Of a stretch of DNA of 64,000 nt, positions 1-9,475 are shown in pieces. The translations under genes and the position numbers were made by a program. The first letter of the stretch is position 1. The number at the start of each line of letters is the position of its first letter. A model generated the notes under the pieces. That model had not been told where the DNA came from and searched no databases. It worked only from the letters and a program-made list of their open reading frames with translations. The stretch comes from Candidatus Latescibacterota bacterium. Lineage in GTDB: Bacteria; Latescibacterota; UBA2968. Where the stretch lies: contig OZ242195.1 of assembly GCA_965205975.1 (NCBI GenBank), forward strand, positions 736,001-800,000, read 5' to 3'.

Positions 1-1
1 C

Positions 2-112
2 CAGATGCTCGCCGAGCGATATGAAACGCCATTGCCGGACATCTCTGCACGCGTTGCTAACTTAGAGAGCCGGGTTGACCAACACCTTAAACGGATGGGT
101 TTCTCATGGTAG
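2..112 (+). CDS. hsdM: Type I RM methyltransferase HsdM, 3' end only (5'-partial)
   Basis: Frame 2 reads QMLAERYETPLPDISARVANLESRVDQHLKRMGFSW*, a typical HsdM C-terminus; lies directly upstream of hsdS-hsdR. Confidence 0.85.
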   Translation, partial: QMLAERYETPLPDISARVANLESRVDQHLKRMGFSW

Positions 113-416
113 CGGAGGACTGCTTGCGAGTAATGCTATGCAGAGGATCTCGGATGTATTCAACGCAAAGGTAGAAGGCAAATAAATATGATGAGTAAGA
201 AACAAGAGACAATGGGCAAAACCCTTGTAGCTGGACACACTCTATCGGAAGAGGTGCCGGTGGGTTACAAGCGTACAGAAGTGGGGATGGTTCCTGAGGA
301 TTGGAAGATCAAAAGAGTAAGCCAATTTGGAATCATTGTGACCGGAGGTACTCCTTCAACTCTGGTTCGTCAATACTGGAACGGACATCATCCGTGGATT
401 ACACCTACAGATATCT

Positions 417-1761
417 CTAGTGGGTCATTTGGTATGCGCGTTGCCATTGATAGAGTGCAGATTTAGACCGTCTCAAAGGTGATCTGGTGAAGGCCCTTGA
501 TCCGCCTATGGCATAGCGTCTATCTCTGCTGTGCTGTCGTCGTTTTGCTCTTTTACCACCCCACTCGAAAGGCGTTGGATTACCATTCCATCCCGCAGCA
601 GTGGCTTCCAACCAGTCGATGATTTGCTCAGGTGTTTGGGGATAGTGTCCGTCCAGTCCTCGCCGTTTCAAGATGCGCTGTATGGACTCTGTCATATTTA
701 ACCAAGATCCGCCAAGGGGGGTATAAAGCGGCATAACCCCTTGAGAGAATAGCCATAAGATCAACGATGTCGTGTGATGTCCTTTCAAGTTATCCATCAC
801 AAGTAGCAGGCGCAATGGCGGGAGGTCTTCAGGCAGGGTTATAGGCATCTCTAATCCCGCTTGCCAGGTCTGCCATAATGCGCGATTCTGCTTTGCTTTA
901 TGCGTCTTTTTTACCTTTGGTAAGCCTTTCAGGATCGCGGTGAGTTCTTCTTTCAGCCAGGGGTGCAAAACCTGATTGGCTGTGCTTGTGGTTCCCCGCA
1001 CACGCAGGCGACCTGTTTTGGGATGGAACAGCGTCATCAGCTTGGCTGTACCTGATCGAACATACTCGTGTGGCAAACGATGGGGTCGCCCTTCAGGATG
1101 CCAGCGCTGTCCGGGGTAAGGGATGGTTTGAAAGGGACCGGCTTCATCCTCACACCAGACGGATAGCCCCATTTTTTCACCGAGCGTGTAGGCTTTCTCA
1201 ATGAGCTTTTTTTTTTGCTTGTGCATCCGGATCAGTCACGGTGACCACACCTGTTTTTCGCTTACGTACCACTTGACCAGTCATACACCATGTCCGATCC
1301 TTTTGATAGGTCCAGCCCGCGTCATGCAATACGGTCCAAATCGTATAGGTGCTGACATTGGGCAACCCATCAGGGGCTTTTCTCAGTGCTGCTTGAAGCG
1401 TCGAAAGCGACCAGGTTGCTGTCCCATCCTGTATGCGATCTGGCACACGGTTTATCTCACAAAGAATACGTTGGCGTTCTTTTTCTGTATAGATCACTTG
1501 TCGTCCACCCCCGTATCGGGGTTCTATGGCTGCTATCCCTTCTTGATTAAAGCGGGCGACTAACTGACTGACGGCATCACCACTGCGACGACCTGCCCTT
1601 CGAGCCGCTTCACTAAACGAATGCCCTTCGGATACGGCCAGTAAGGCTTTGGCACGCGCAACAGGGGCAGCCGGTTGTGTTAAACTACGGCTGATGGCAT
1701 ACAGGGTGGTGCGTTCTTCTGCTGTTAAAATACGCAGGGGGTTATTTTGCCTTCGGGCCAT
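417..1761 (-). CDS. IS630 transposase split into orfA (HTH, 1761-1198) and orfB (DDE, to 417) at an A10 run
   Basis: orf[10 protein letters not shown]... follows a GGAGG RBS; orfB has WCEDEAG, VMDNL and SWLNMTE DDE motifs; T10 run at 1207-1216; stop TAG is formed by the target site. Confidence 0.88.
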
Positions 1762-1862
1762 TATACCTCCACGATAAAGACGAAAATGTGAAAGCTCTTG
1801 CTGATGCATAAAGATATATCTAAAATTACGCATTGGCTATAACCAAAGCAAATGACCCACTA
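418..1862 (-). mobile_element. IS630-family insertion sequence (about 1.44 kb) inserted at CTAG
   Basis: Terminal inverted repeats TAGTGGGTCATTTG (418-431) and CAAATGACCCACTA (1849-1862); CTAG at both ends (417-420, 1860-1863); encodes HTH and DDE ORFs. Confidence 0.93.
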
Positions 1863-2928
1863 GTGTTAGGGACATTTTTTCTAGTGAAAGATTAATTACT
1901 GATGCTGGATTGGATTCGATAAAAGAACTACCTCCCAATACCGTCTTGGTCACATGCATTGCGAGTATAGGAAAGAATGCAATTCTTAGGGTCCGTGGCG
2001 GGTGTAATCAGCAGATTAACGCGGTTGTGCCGAACAAACAACATTGGGCTGATTACCTTTATTACGTTTTTGAAAATGCAAAAGCATACCTGCTTGGAAA
2101 TGCTGGAACTACGGCGACAGCTATCATTTCCAAAGAGCTTTTTCAAAATCTTATCTTTCCTGTTCCTGCTCAGCACGAACAACGCGCCATCGCAGAGGCG
2201 TTGTCGGATGTGGATGAATTGCTTGATGCATTGGAGGAACTGATCGCTAAAAAGCGGGCTGTCAAGCAGGCTGCTATGCAGCAACTCCTCACAGGTAAGA
2301 CTCGCCTGCCGGGTTTCAGTGGGAAGTGGGAGACAAAGCGACTGGGAGAGATTGGTGACATCTCTGGGGCGGGAGTGGATAAAAAAGTTAGTATTAACGA
2401 GATGCCGGTCCGGCTCGTGAACTATCTTGATGTCTATCACAAGACATTTCTATATTCAGAGGATCTAACCCACGAAGTCTCAGCAAAATCGGATCAGGTT
2501 CGGCACTGTATGATTGAAAAAGGGGATATTTTCTTTACACCTACCTCTGAAGTGCGCGATGATATAGGCCGTTCTGCGGTCGCTATGGAGGATATTCCAG
2601 ATGGCGTTTATAGCTATCATGTCGTCCGATTGCGGTTGAAGACAGATTGGGACTTTTATTTTCGAGCTTATGCCTTCGATACAAAGGATTTTTTGGATCA
2701 AGCAAGCACGCAGTGCGAAGGCAGTGGTACGCGCTACGTCATAACCCTCCCAAAGTTCCGCGCGATGACCGTCTGTTTTCCACTAAACGTGGAGGAACAA
2801 GCTGCCATCGCCAACATCCTCTCCGACATGGACGCTGAGATCGATGCGCTGGAACAACGCCGGGACAAGGCCCGTACTATCAAGCAAGGCATGATGCAGG
2901 AACTTTTGACAGGGAAGGTACGACTGGT

Positions 2929-5900
2929 ATGAGTAATGTGCGAAAAGCAGAGAAGGTTACGCAGCGGCGTGTGATTGAGTTATTCCAAGATCAACTCGGT
3001 TATTCGTTTTTGGGTGACTGGACTGACCGTGAGAATAACAGCAATATCGAAGAGAAGTATCTGACCGCTTGGCTTGAGAAGCGAGTCTACACGCCAGAGC
3101 AGATCCGTCAGGCGCTTCTTCAGCTACACATTGAGGCGGACAATAGCAGTCGCGGCCTCTATGACAACAACGAAGCCGTTTACAGTCTGTTGCGCTATGG
3201 CGTGACGGTAAAGGTTGAAGCCGGAAAGCCGTCCGAGACCATTGATCTGATCGACTGGGACGAACCGGCGAAAAACGACTTCGCAATTGCCGAAGAGGTT
3301 ACGATAAAGGGCGGACATGAGCGTCGGCCGGATATTGTTCTCTACGTAAACGGTATCGCCATCGGTGTACTGGAGTTGAAGAATAGTCGGGTCAGCATTG
3401 GCGACGGCATTCGGCAGAATCTATCGAACCAGCAGCCTGAGTTTAACGCGTGGTTTTTCAGCACGGTTCAATTCGTCTTTGCTGGTAATGACACCGAGGG
3501 ACTGAAATATGGCACGATCGGGACGCCGGAAAAATATTTCCTCAAATGGAAGGAGGATGAAGAAGAGGACGAAGGCTATAAGCTCGACAAATATCTGACG
3601 AAAATTTGCCGCAAGGACCGGTTGATCGAACTTATGAAGGATTTCGTCCTTTTTGATGCTGGGGTGAAGAAACTGCCGCGTGTGCATCAGTATTTCGCGA
3701 TCAAGGCGGCGCAGGAGCATGTGAAGCGCCGCGAGGGTGGCATCATTTGGAATACCCAAGGCTCCGGTAAGAGCATCGTCATGGTGTTGCTCGCCAGGTG
3801 GATACTGGAGAACAATCCGAATGCTCGTGTGGCCATCATCACGGATCGGGATGAACTGGATAAACAGATCGAAGGCATTTTCTCCGATGCTGGCGAGTCG
3901 ATTGATCGAGCGAAAAGTGGTCGTGATCTTCTCGCAAAGCTGGGGGAGGCAAAGCCACGCCTTCTGTGTTCGCTTATTCACAAATTTGGCAAGCGGGATG
4001 TCGAGAATTTAGATAGCTGGCTCAAGGATCTCCAGGAGCAACCGAGCCCGACAGTTGGCGAGGTCTTCGTCTTCATCGATGAATGCCATCGCACCCAGAG
4101 CGGCAAGTTGCACAAGATGATGAAAGCAATAATGCCGAACGCTGTTTTCATCGGTTTTACTGGTACGCCGTTGCTGAAGAAGGATAAGAAGACCAGCATG
4201 GAAGTGTTTGGCGGATATATTCATACTTACAAGTTCAGCGAAGCGGTCGAGGATGAAGTTGTGCTCGACCTGGTCTATGAAGCCCGCGATATTGACCAGC
4301 GCCTTGGCTCGGAAGAGAAGTTCGAGACGTTGTTTGATGCCATGACCAGGGGGCTGAATGACTGGCAAAAGGGCGAGCTTCTTAAGAAGTGGGCCACGAT
4401 GCAAAGCGTGCTTAGTTCGAAATCGCGGATGGACCGAGTGGTCACGGATATTCTATTCGACTTCGGCACCAAGCCGCGCCTATCGAGCGAGCGAGGCAAC
4501 GCGATCCTGGTCTCATCGAGCATCTACGAGGCTTGTCGCTATTTTGATCTATTCGACAAGACGCTACTGAAAGACAAGTGTGCGATCGTCACCTCGTATA
4601 ACCCGAGCACACGGGATGTTACACGTGAGGAAATAGGTGCCAACTCCGAGACCGACAAACAGTTCATCTTCAATGTCTATAACGAACTGTTGGAAGATAT
4701 ACACCCGCGGTCGGGCAAATCCAAGACCGAGACCTATGAAGACAAGGCTAAGGATTTATTTAAAAATCAGCCAGCGAACATGAAGCTGCTGATCGTCGTT
4801 GACAAATTGCTGACAGGCTTTGATGCGCCGCCCTGTACATTTCTCTACATCGACAAATCAATGCAGGATCATGGGCTGTTTCAAGCGATTTGCCGTCCGA
4901 ATCGGCTTCACGATGAGGATAAGGATTTTGGGTACATTGTCGATTACAAAGATCTTTTCAAGAAGGTCGAAAACGCAATCGCGGTGTATTCGTCCGAACT
5001 TGATCACAGTGTGCCGGATCCCGACGTGTTGCTACAGGACCGTCTAACTAAGGGGCGTGAGCGATTAGATGATGCGCTCGAAATGCTTGAAAGGCTCTGC
5101 GAACGTGTCGAGCCTCCAAAGGACGATCTGGATTACATCCACTATTTCTGCGGCAATACTGAGATTCCATCAGACCTAGAAGAAAGTGAGCCACAGCGGG
5201 CAATGCTCTACAAGGCCGTCGCTGCCTTCGTGCGCGCTTACGCTAATATCGCCGACGAGATAGATAAAGCGGGCTATAGTCAGGCCGATATTGATCGGAT
5301 CAAAGAGCGACTGAAGCACTATATCGCCATCCGCGACATCATTAAAAAAGCGAGCGGCGAGATGATCGACTTGAAGGCCTACGAGGCAGACATGCGCCAC
5401 CTCATTGACACCTATATTGAAGCCGATGAGGCTCGCACAATCTCCCCGTTTGGCGATGAGAGCTTACTCGATCTTATCGTGAAAACCGGCATTGCCGATG
5501 TAATTGCATCAAAACTCGGCAACCTCAAGGGCAACAAGGAGGCAATCGCTGAAACGATTGAAAACAATGTTCGCCAAAGGATCATCAAAGAGCATCTTAA
5601 CGACCCAACCTTCTATGGTCGGATTTCGGATCTGCTCGACGAGATCATCAAATACCGGCGCGAGAAGGCGATTCAATACGAGGAGTACCTTAAGCAGATT
5701 GACAATCTTGTGAAAAGGCTGAATGCAGGCACAGCAGAAGAGACTTCCGAGAAGCTGGATACACCGGGGAAGCGAGCACTCTACAACAATCTTGGAGAGA
5801 ATGAAGAAATGGCGTTACGGGTTGATGCGGCGGTGAAGATGTACAGGCCGGACGGCTGGCGCGGCAACGAGGCCAAGGAGCGCACCATCAAGTATGTACT

Positions 5901-5973
5901 TTATAAGGAGCTTGACGACACGAATGAGGTCGAACGCATTTTTCCGGTCATTAAAGCCCAGGGAGAATATTGA
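2929..5973 (+). CDS. hsdR: Type I restriction endonuclease subunit R
   Basis: RPDIVLYVNG..LELK nuclease motif, TQGSGKS Walker A, DECHR, FTGTP, LLTGFDAP and QAICRPNR helicase motifs; 1014 aa. Confidence 0.96.
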   Translation: MSNVRKAEKVTQRRVIELFQDQLGYSFLGDWTDRENNSNIEEKYLTAWLEKRVYTPEQIRQALLQLHIEADNSSRGLYDNNEAVYSLLRYGVTVKVEAGKPSETIDLIDWDEPAKNDFAIAEEVTIKGGHERRPDIVLYVNGIAIGVLELKNSRVSIGDGIRQNLSNQQPEFNAWFFSTVQFVFAGNDTEGLKYGTIGTPEKYFLKWKEDEEEDEGYKLDKYLTKICRKDRLIELMKDFVLFDAGVKKLPRVHQYFAIKAAQEHVKRREGGIIWNTQGSGKSIVMVLLARWILENNPNARVAIITDRDELDKQIEGIFSDAGESIDRAKSGRDLLAKLGEAKPRLLCSLIHKFGKRDVENLDSWLKDLQEQPSPTVGEVFVFIDECHRTQSGKLHKMMKAIMPNAVFIGFTGTPLLKKDKKTSMEVFGGYIHTYKFSEAVEDEVVLDLVYEARDIDQRLGSEEKFETLFDAMTRGLNDWQKGELLKKWATMQSVLSSKSRMDRVVTDILFDFGTKPRLSSERGNAILVSSSIYEACRYFDLFDKTLLKDKCAIVTSYNPSTRDVTREEIGANSETDKQFIFNVYNELLEDIHPRSGKSKTETYEDKAKDLFKNQPANMKLLIVVDKLLTGFDAPPCTFLYIDKSMQDHGLFQAICRPNRLHDEDKDFGYIVDYKDLFKKVENAIAVYSSELDHSVPDPDVLLQDRLTKGRERLDDALEMLERLCERVEPPKDDLDYIHYFCGNTEIPSDLEESEPQRAMLYKAVAAFVRAYANIADEIDKAGYSQADIDRIKERLKHYIAIRDIIKKASGEMIDLKAYEADMRHLIDTYIEADEARTISPFGDESLLDLIVKTGIADVIASKLGNLKGNKEAIAETIENNVRQRIIKEHLNDPTFYGRISDLLDEIIKYRREKAIQYEEYLKQIDNLVKRLNAGTAEETSEKLDTPGKRALYNNLGENEEMALRVDAAVKMYRPDGWRGNEAKERTIKYVLYKELDDTNEVERIFPVIKAQGEY

Positions 5974-6722
5974 TGAACAGCACGCTGTGCCTTGGTGATA
6001 TATCAATCGACCTTGTGTTGAAGGACATCAAGAATGTCCATCTCAGCGTCCATCCACCGACCGGACGTGTGCGCATCGCTGCCCCGCAAAGCATGAGCCT
6101 TGATACGATCCGGCTATTCGCGATTTCCCGCCTCGGCTGGATCAAGCGCCAGCAACGTCGGCAACGCGCCCAAGACAGGGAGCCGCCGCGCGAGTATATC
6201 GAGCGCGAAAGCCACTATCTGTGGGGATACCGCTACCTGCTGCACATCGTTGAGGACGTGCCGCGCAGCTTCGTCTCCGTTGAGCACCGACATATCGAGC
6301 TTGGTGTTCCCGAAGGCGCCGACAGGGAAAAGCGGAAGGCCATTCTTGATAGATGGTACCGAAAAGAACTTCGGGCCGCTGCCTCAAAGTTGATTGACAA
6401 ATGGCAGGACGCGCTGGGCGTTAAGATTGAGCGCTTCTTCATTCAACGCATGAAAACCAAGTGGGGTGGAAGTAGCCCGAAGCGCCGCACCATTCGGATT
6501 AATCTCGAACTCGCCAAGAAAGATATCGAGTGCCTGGACTACGTTATCCTGCATGAACTCGCACACTTCATTGTCCCAAATCACAGCGAAAGCTTTGTCG
6601 CGCTTCTTGACCAGCATATGCCGAACTGGAGACACGTGAGAAAACACCTGAACGACCTGCCGCTCGGATCGGATAATGTTGAAGAAAAATGGCGGGAGAT
6701 AGAACATGAGGTGATTTGTTGA
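5970..6722 (+). CDS. YgjP/DUF45 (M48-like) zinc metallopeptidase, usual type I RM companion
   Basis: MKTKWG, RINLEL and HELAH (HExxH) motifs; overlaps hsdR stop. Confidence 0.9.
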   Translation: MMNSTLCLGDISIDLVLKDIKNVHLSVHPPTGRVRIAAPQSMSLDTIRLFAISRLGWIKRQQRRQRAQDREPPREYIERESHYLWGYRYLLHIVEDVPRSFVSVEHRHIELGVPEGADREKRKAILDRWYRKELRAAASKLIDKWQDALGVKIERFFIQRMKTKWGGSSPKRRTIRINLELAKKDIECLDYVILHELAHFIVPNHSESFVALLDQHMPNWRHVRKHLNDLPLGSDNVEEKWREIEHEVIC

Positions 6723-7046
6723 CCTGCCAGCGCATATCCAGTCTACTGGTTCACTGGAACGCAGGGTTTTGCCCTCTATACGGCGGTTTCAGGAGTTGGA
6801 TGTTGGAGACGGCGAACTCGATGCGCCCCAGACCATTGATCAACGCACACGGTCATTGCCCGAAGCGTCAGAGTAAGAAAGAATTTTGATCTGAATTCAC
6901 ACCGCAAATAATAGGGATGTGCTATTTTCAACCCATTGATTAGGGGATCAGGGCTTCAAGAGCGGATTGCCGCGGTTATCCCGTTCGCATCGTTATTCTG
7001 GAATCGCAGCCCTGCCTCTATTCCAGATTTATTACGTTACAGGTTC

Positions 7047-7319
7047 TTACATCACATCCAATATCGCTTGCGGATTTTTGTCTGCGATTATCAGTAGTGT
7101 CCGGGCTGCACCCGATGGACGACGGCGACCCTGCTCCCAGTCTTGCAACGTGCGAACAGATACACCCATCAATTGGGCAAACTGAGATTGAGAAAGACCC
7201 ACTTTCGCTCTCGTTTCGGCAATATCAGGTACTGTGATGGTACGACCGTGTTCGCCGCGCTTAATTTCCTGCAAACCAGATAGAATCTCTTGGCCAATAT
7301 CTCTATTCCTTTCATTCAT
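7047..7319 (-). CDS. higA: HigA-type XRE-HTH antitoxin
   Basis: GLSQSQFAQLMGVSVRTLQDWEQGRRRPSGAA HTH; downstream of and overlapping the toxin; GAGGAG RBS. Confidence 0.88.
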   Translation of the reverse strand: MNERNRDIGQEILSGLQEIKRGEHGRTITVPDIAETRAKVGLSQSQFAQLMGVSVRTLQDWEQGRRRPSGAARTLLIIADKNPQAILDVM

Positions 7320-7626
7320 TTTCGATCTCCTCACGGATTTGTTTGAGAATGTGGGCAGGAATATTGTCGCTCACATTTTTCGGATAGATCGTCAACATCC
7401 AAAATGTCTGTGTCGTCATTTTCACGAAATAGATGACTCTATAGCCACTGCGTTTTCCTCGCCCTTGTGCCCGCCATCTGATTTTTCGCACACCTCCCGA
7501 TCCGGAAATCACACTGCCAGCCTCAGGATTTAACAGTAAGGCTTTCTGCAATTCCGCGTATTCTTCGTCGGATAAGTATTTCCGTATGAGTTGGGTAAAA
7601 AGCTTTGTTTCAATGAAATTGTACAT
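7312..7626 (-). CDS. higB: RelE/HigB-family toxin (toxin-first operon)
   Basis: FIETKLF, GSGGVRKIRW, GKRSGYRVIYF and LTIYPKN motifs; start placed at ATG 7626 from promoter geometry. Confidence 0.88.
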   Translation of the reverse strand: MYNFIETKLFTQLIRKYLSDEEYAELQKALLLNPEAGSVISGSGGVRKIRWRAQGRGKRSGYRVIYFVKMTTQTFWMLTIYPKNVSDNIPAHILKQIREEIENE

Positions 7627-7632
7627 ACCCAA

Positions 7633-7660
7633 AATATACGGCATTGCCGTATAATATCAA
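7633..7660 (-). promoter_or_regulatory. higBA promoter with palindromic operator; probable leaderless transcript
   Basis: TTGATA-N16-TATATT-N6-ATG; perfect inverted repeat TATACGGCA-T-TGCCGTATA (7635-7653) spans the spacer and overlaps the -10 box. Confidence 0.72.
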
Positions 7661-7670
7661 GAATCAAAAT

Positions 7671-7716
7671 GTAGGGACGATCTTCCGTATAGATCACAGA
7701 ATTAAAGCGTTCCTAT
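7671..7716. repeat. Degenerate GTAGGG-type REP-like hairpin
   Basis: GTAGGGACG...CGTTCCTAT stem (with G-T pairs) and a competing GATCT/AGATC stem. Confidence 0.4.
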
Positions 7717-7845
7717 GAGGCTATTATGGGCCAGACTCTTGTGGCTGTCCACGTTTTTCGTATGGATCCTTTGTGCATTAAATTTTGAATATAATAATCT
7801 TTATACACCAAAATGCCATTGCAAACCCCTGTTTTTTCGAGTAAA

Positions 7846-7873
7846 TTGCAGATATTTGTAAAGATCGTAAGAT
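7846..7873 (+). promoter_or_regulatory. Putative sigma70 promoter for the + strand catabolic array
   Basis: TTGCAG-N16-TAAGAT in AT-rich intergenic DNA upstream of 7930. Confidence 0.4.
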
Positions 7874-7904
7874 ACGAGAGATCAGTATGTCATCCTGTTT
7901 GGGG

Positions 7905-7960
7905 ACACGACACTGGAGGAGTACAGGTTATGGGACAAGCATTGACGGAGCGTGAAATCG
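7905..7960 (+). repeat. Direct repeat A1: RBS plus first 10 codons of the PhyH gene
   Basis: 48/56 identical to 10914-10969. Confidence 0.9.
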
Positions 7961-8724
7961 AAGCCCTCGTCCGTGAGGTCACAGACGAAGAAGTGGCTTT
8001 TTACCACGAATACGGGTGGGTCATGATGAAGCAACTCGTGGACTCGGAGTTCGCAACGGAACTCCTACGCGTTGGTCAAGCGTGGTTGAATCGCAATGAC
8101 GAAGAGAAGGGCGGCAGACGGTCCGTCGGCCTGGCGCGGCGAGAAGAGACCGAGCCGTTCCGCTCGTTCATGTTCAGCGAGCGCATGTCAAAGAACGCGA
8201 TGCGACTCGTGAACAGGAAGCGGCTCAAGGGTGTAGATATCCCACTTCGCTATCGCATCGACATCCTCCAACACAAGCCCCCGGGGGCAGCCGGAGCCAC
8301 TTATCATCAGGACTCGTCAGAGCACGGCTCTGATCGCGTGGGCGAACTCCAGTTCTGGCTTGCACTGGTGGAAGTGCCACCAGAGATGAGTGCCATGCGA
8401 TTCGTCAGCCGCTCACATCGCGAAGGACCGCTTGGCTCGGTATTCAAAGATGACCGGGGCAACCTGCTCGAGCAGTACCCAAATCTGACGTCTGTGCTGG
8501 AGCTCTCTCCGCCCTTCCATTACCAGCCGGGTGACTGCACTGTGCATCACGGATACACCGTCCATGGCGGTCCACCCAACAGCACCGACAAGTCGCGCTG
8601 GTCCTACCTCTTCTCGTACTCGCCTTCCGACACGCGATACTGGAACGGCACCGCAGCCAACTGGGGCAGCGAGCGGAAGCGTTTGAGTGACCCGAACAAT
8701 CCCACAGTCCATTTTTCCGAATAG
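7930..8724 (+). CDS. PhyH-family Fe(II)/2-oxoglutarate dioxygenase
   Basis: FYHEYGW, YHQD (HxD), GDCTVHHGYTVHG (distal H); GGAGG RBS. Confidence 0.88.
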   Translation: MGQALTEREIEALVREVTDEEVAFYHEYGWVMMKQLVDSEFATELLRVGQAWLNRNDEEKGGRRSVGLARREETEPFRSFMFSERMSKNAMRLVNRKRLKGVDIPLRYRIDILQHKPPGAAGATYHQDSSEHGSDRVGELQFWLALVEVPPEMSAMRFVSRSHREGPLGSVFKDDRGNLLEQYPNLTSVLELSPPFHYQPGDCTVHHGYTVHGGPPNSTDKSRWSYLFSYSPSDTRYWNGTAANWGSERKRLSDPNNPTVHFSE

Positions 8725-8741
8725 GGTTTCAGGGGGTTGAA

Positions 8742-9467
8742 ATGATTTCTGTACAACAATGGGATTTTTTTCAAGAACACGGTTATCTGATCGTTGAAAA
8801 TGTAATCTCTGTGCAACGATTGGTAGCGTTGCGAGAGGCCCTGGAAAAGAGATATGATCTGGAGGGCGAAAAGGCAGGGACAGAAGGATCGACCCCTCCG
8901 GGCGTTCGCAGGTTGTGCAATCTCATTGGTAAAGGCCGCGTCTTAGAAGAGCTGGCAATCGAGCCGATTGCATTGGAAATGGCCAGGCTGGTGATTGGAG
9001 AGGATATGCGCTGGCAGGCCATGAATTTTCACGATCCCATGCCCGGTGATCCGCGTCCTATTCAGGCAATCCATGCCGATCGATCGTTCTTTAAGAATTG
9101 TACTGCATACCTCAATGTGGTGTGGGCACTTGATGATATGACAGAAGAAAACGGTGCGACGCGCCTTGTGCCGGGATCGCATAAAAAACCCTGGCCCCGA
9201 GATGTTCTGGACGATCTCAAAGAGGCAGTTGCTGGAGAAATCTACGCGACCTGTAAGGCTGGAACTGGCATTTTTTGCCACGGTGATATCTGGCATGGCG
9301 CACGTGCAAACCTTTCAAAATCGCCCAGGCGTGTGATCCATATGGGATACAGTTGTCCAAACACTGCGCCTCAATATGAAATTGCAGGCTCTTTGACGCA
9401 GGATATTCGCGAGCGGTTGGGCGAGCATTGTGCGCTCATTCCAGATCCCCTATCGTCATTTGGTTAG
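8742..9467 (+). CDS. PhyH-family dioxygenase
   Basis: FQEHGYL, IHAD, NGATRLVPGSH, IWHG. Confidence 0.9.
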   Translation: MISVQQWDFFQEHGYLIVENVISVQRLVALREALEKRYDLEGEKAGTEGSTPPGVRRLCNLIGKGRVLEELAIEPIALEMARLVIGEDMRWQAMNFHDPMPGDPRPIQAIHADRSFFKNCTAYLNVVWALDDMTEENGATRLVPGSHKKPWPRDVLDDLKEAVAGEIYATCKAGTGIFCHGDIWHGARANLSKSPRRVIHMGYSCPNTAPQYEIAGSLTQDIRERLGEHCALIPDPLSSFG

Positions 9468-9475
9468 GAGATCTT

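Larger units (their letters stand above)
188..2932 (+). pseudogene. hsdS: Type I RM specificity subunit HsdS interrupted by IS630 in the first TRD
   Basis: Joining 188-420 to 1864-2932 gives one 433-aa frame (...TPTDISS|VRDIFSSERLITDAGLDSIKE...) with VPEDW, GGTPST, EQRAIAEALSD and KQGMMQELLTG motifs. Confidence 0.93.

Noticed and set aside
6723..7046. Gene remnant or terminator between the peptidase and higA
   Set aside because: Short open frames without start or recognisable motif; the CTGGAAT/ATTCCAG hairpin is imperfect and lacks a clear U tract.
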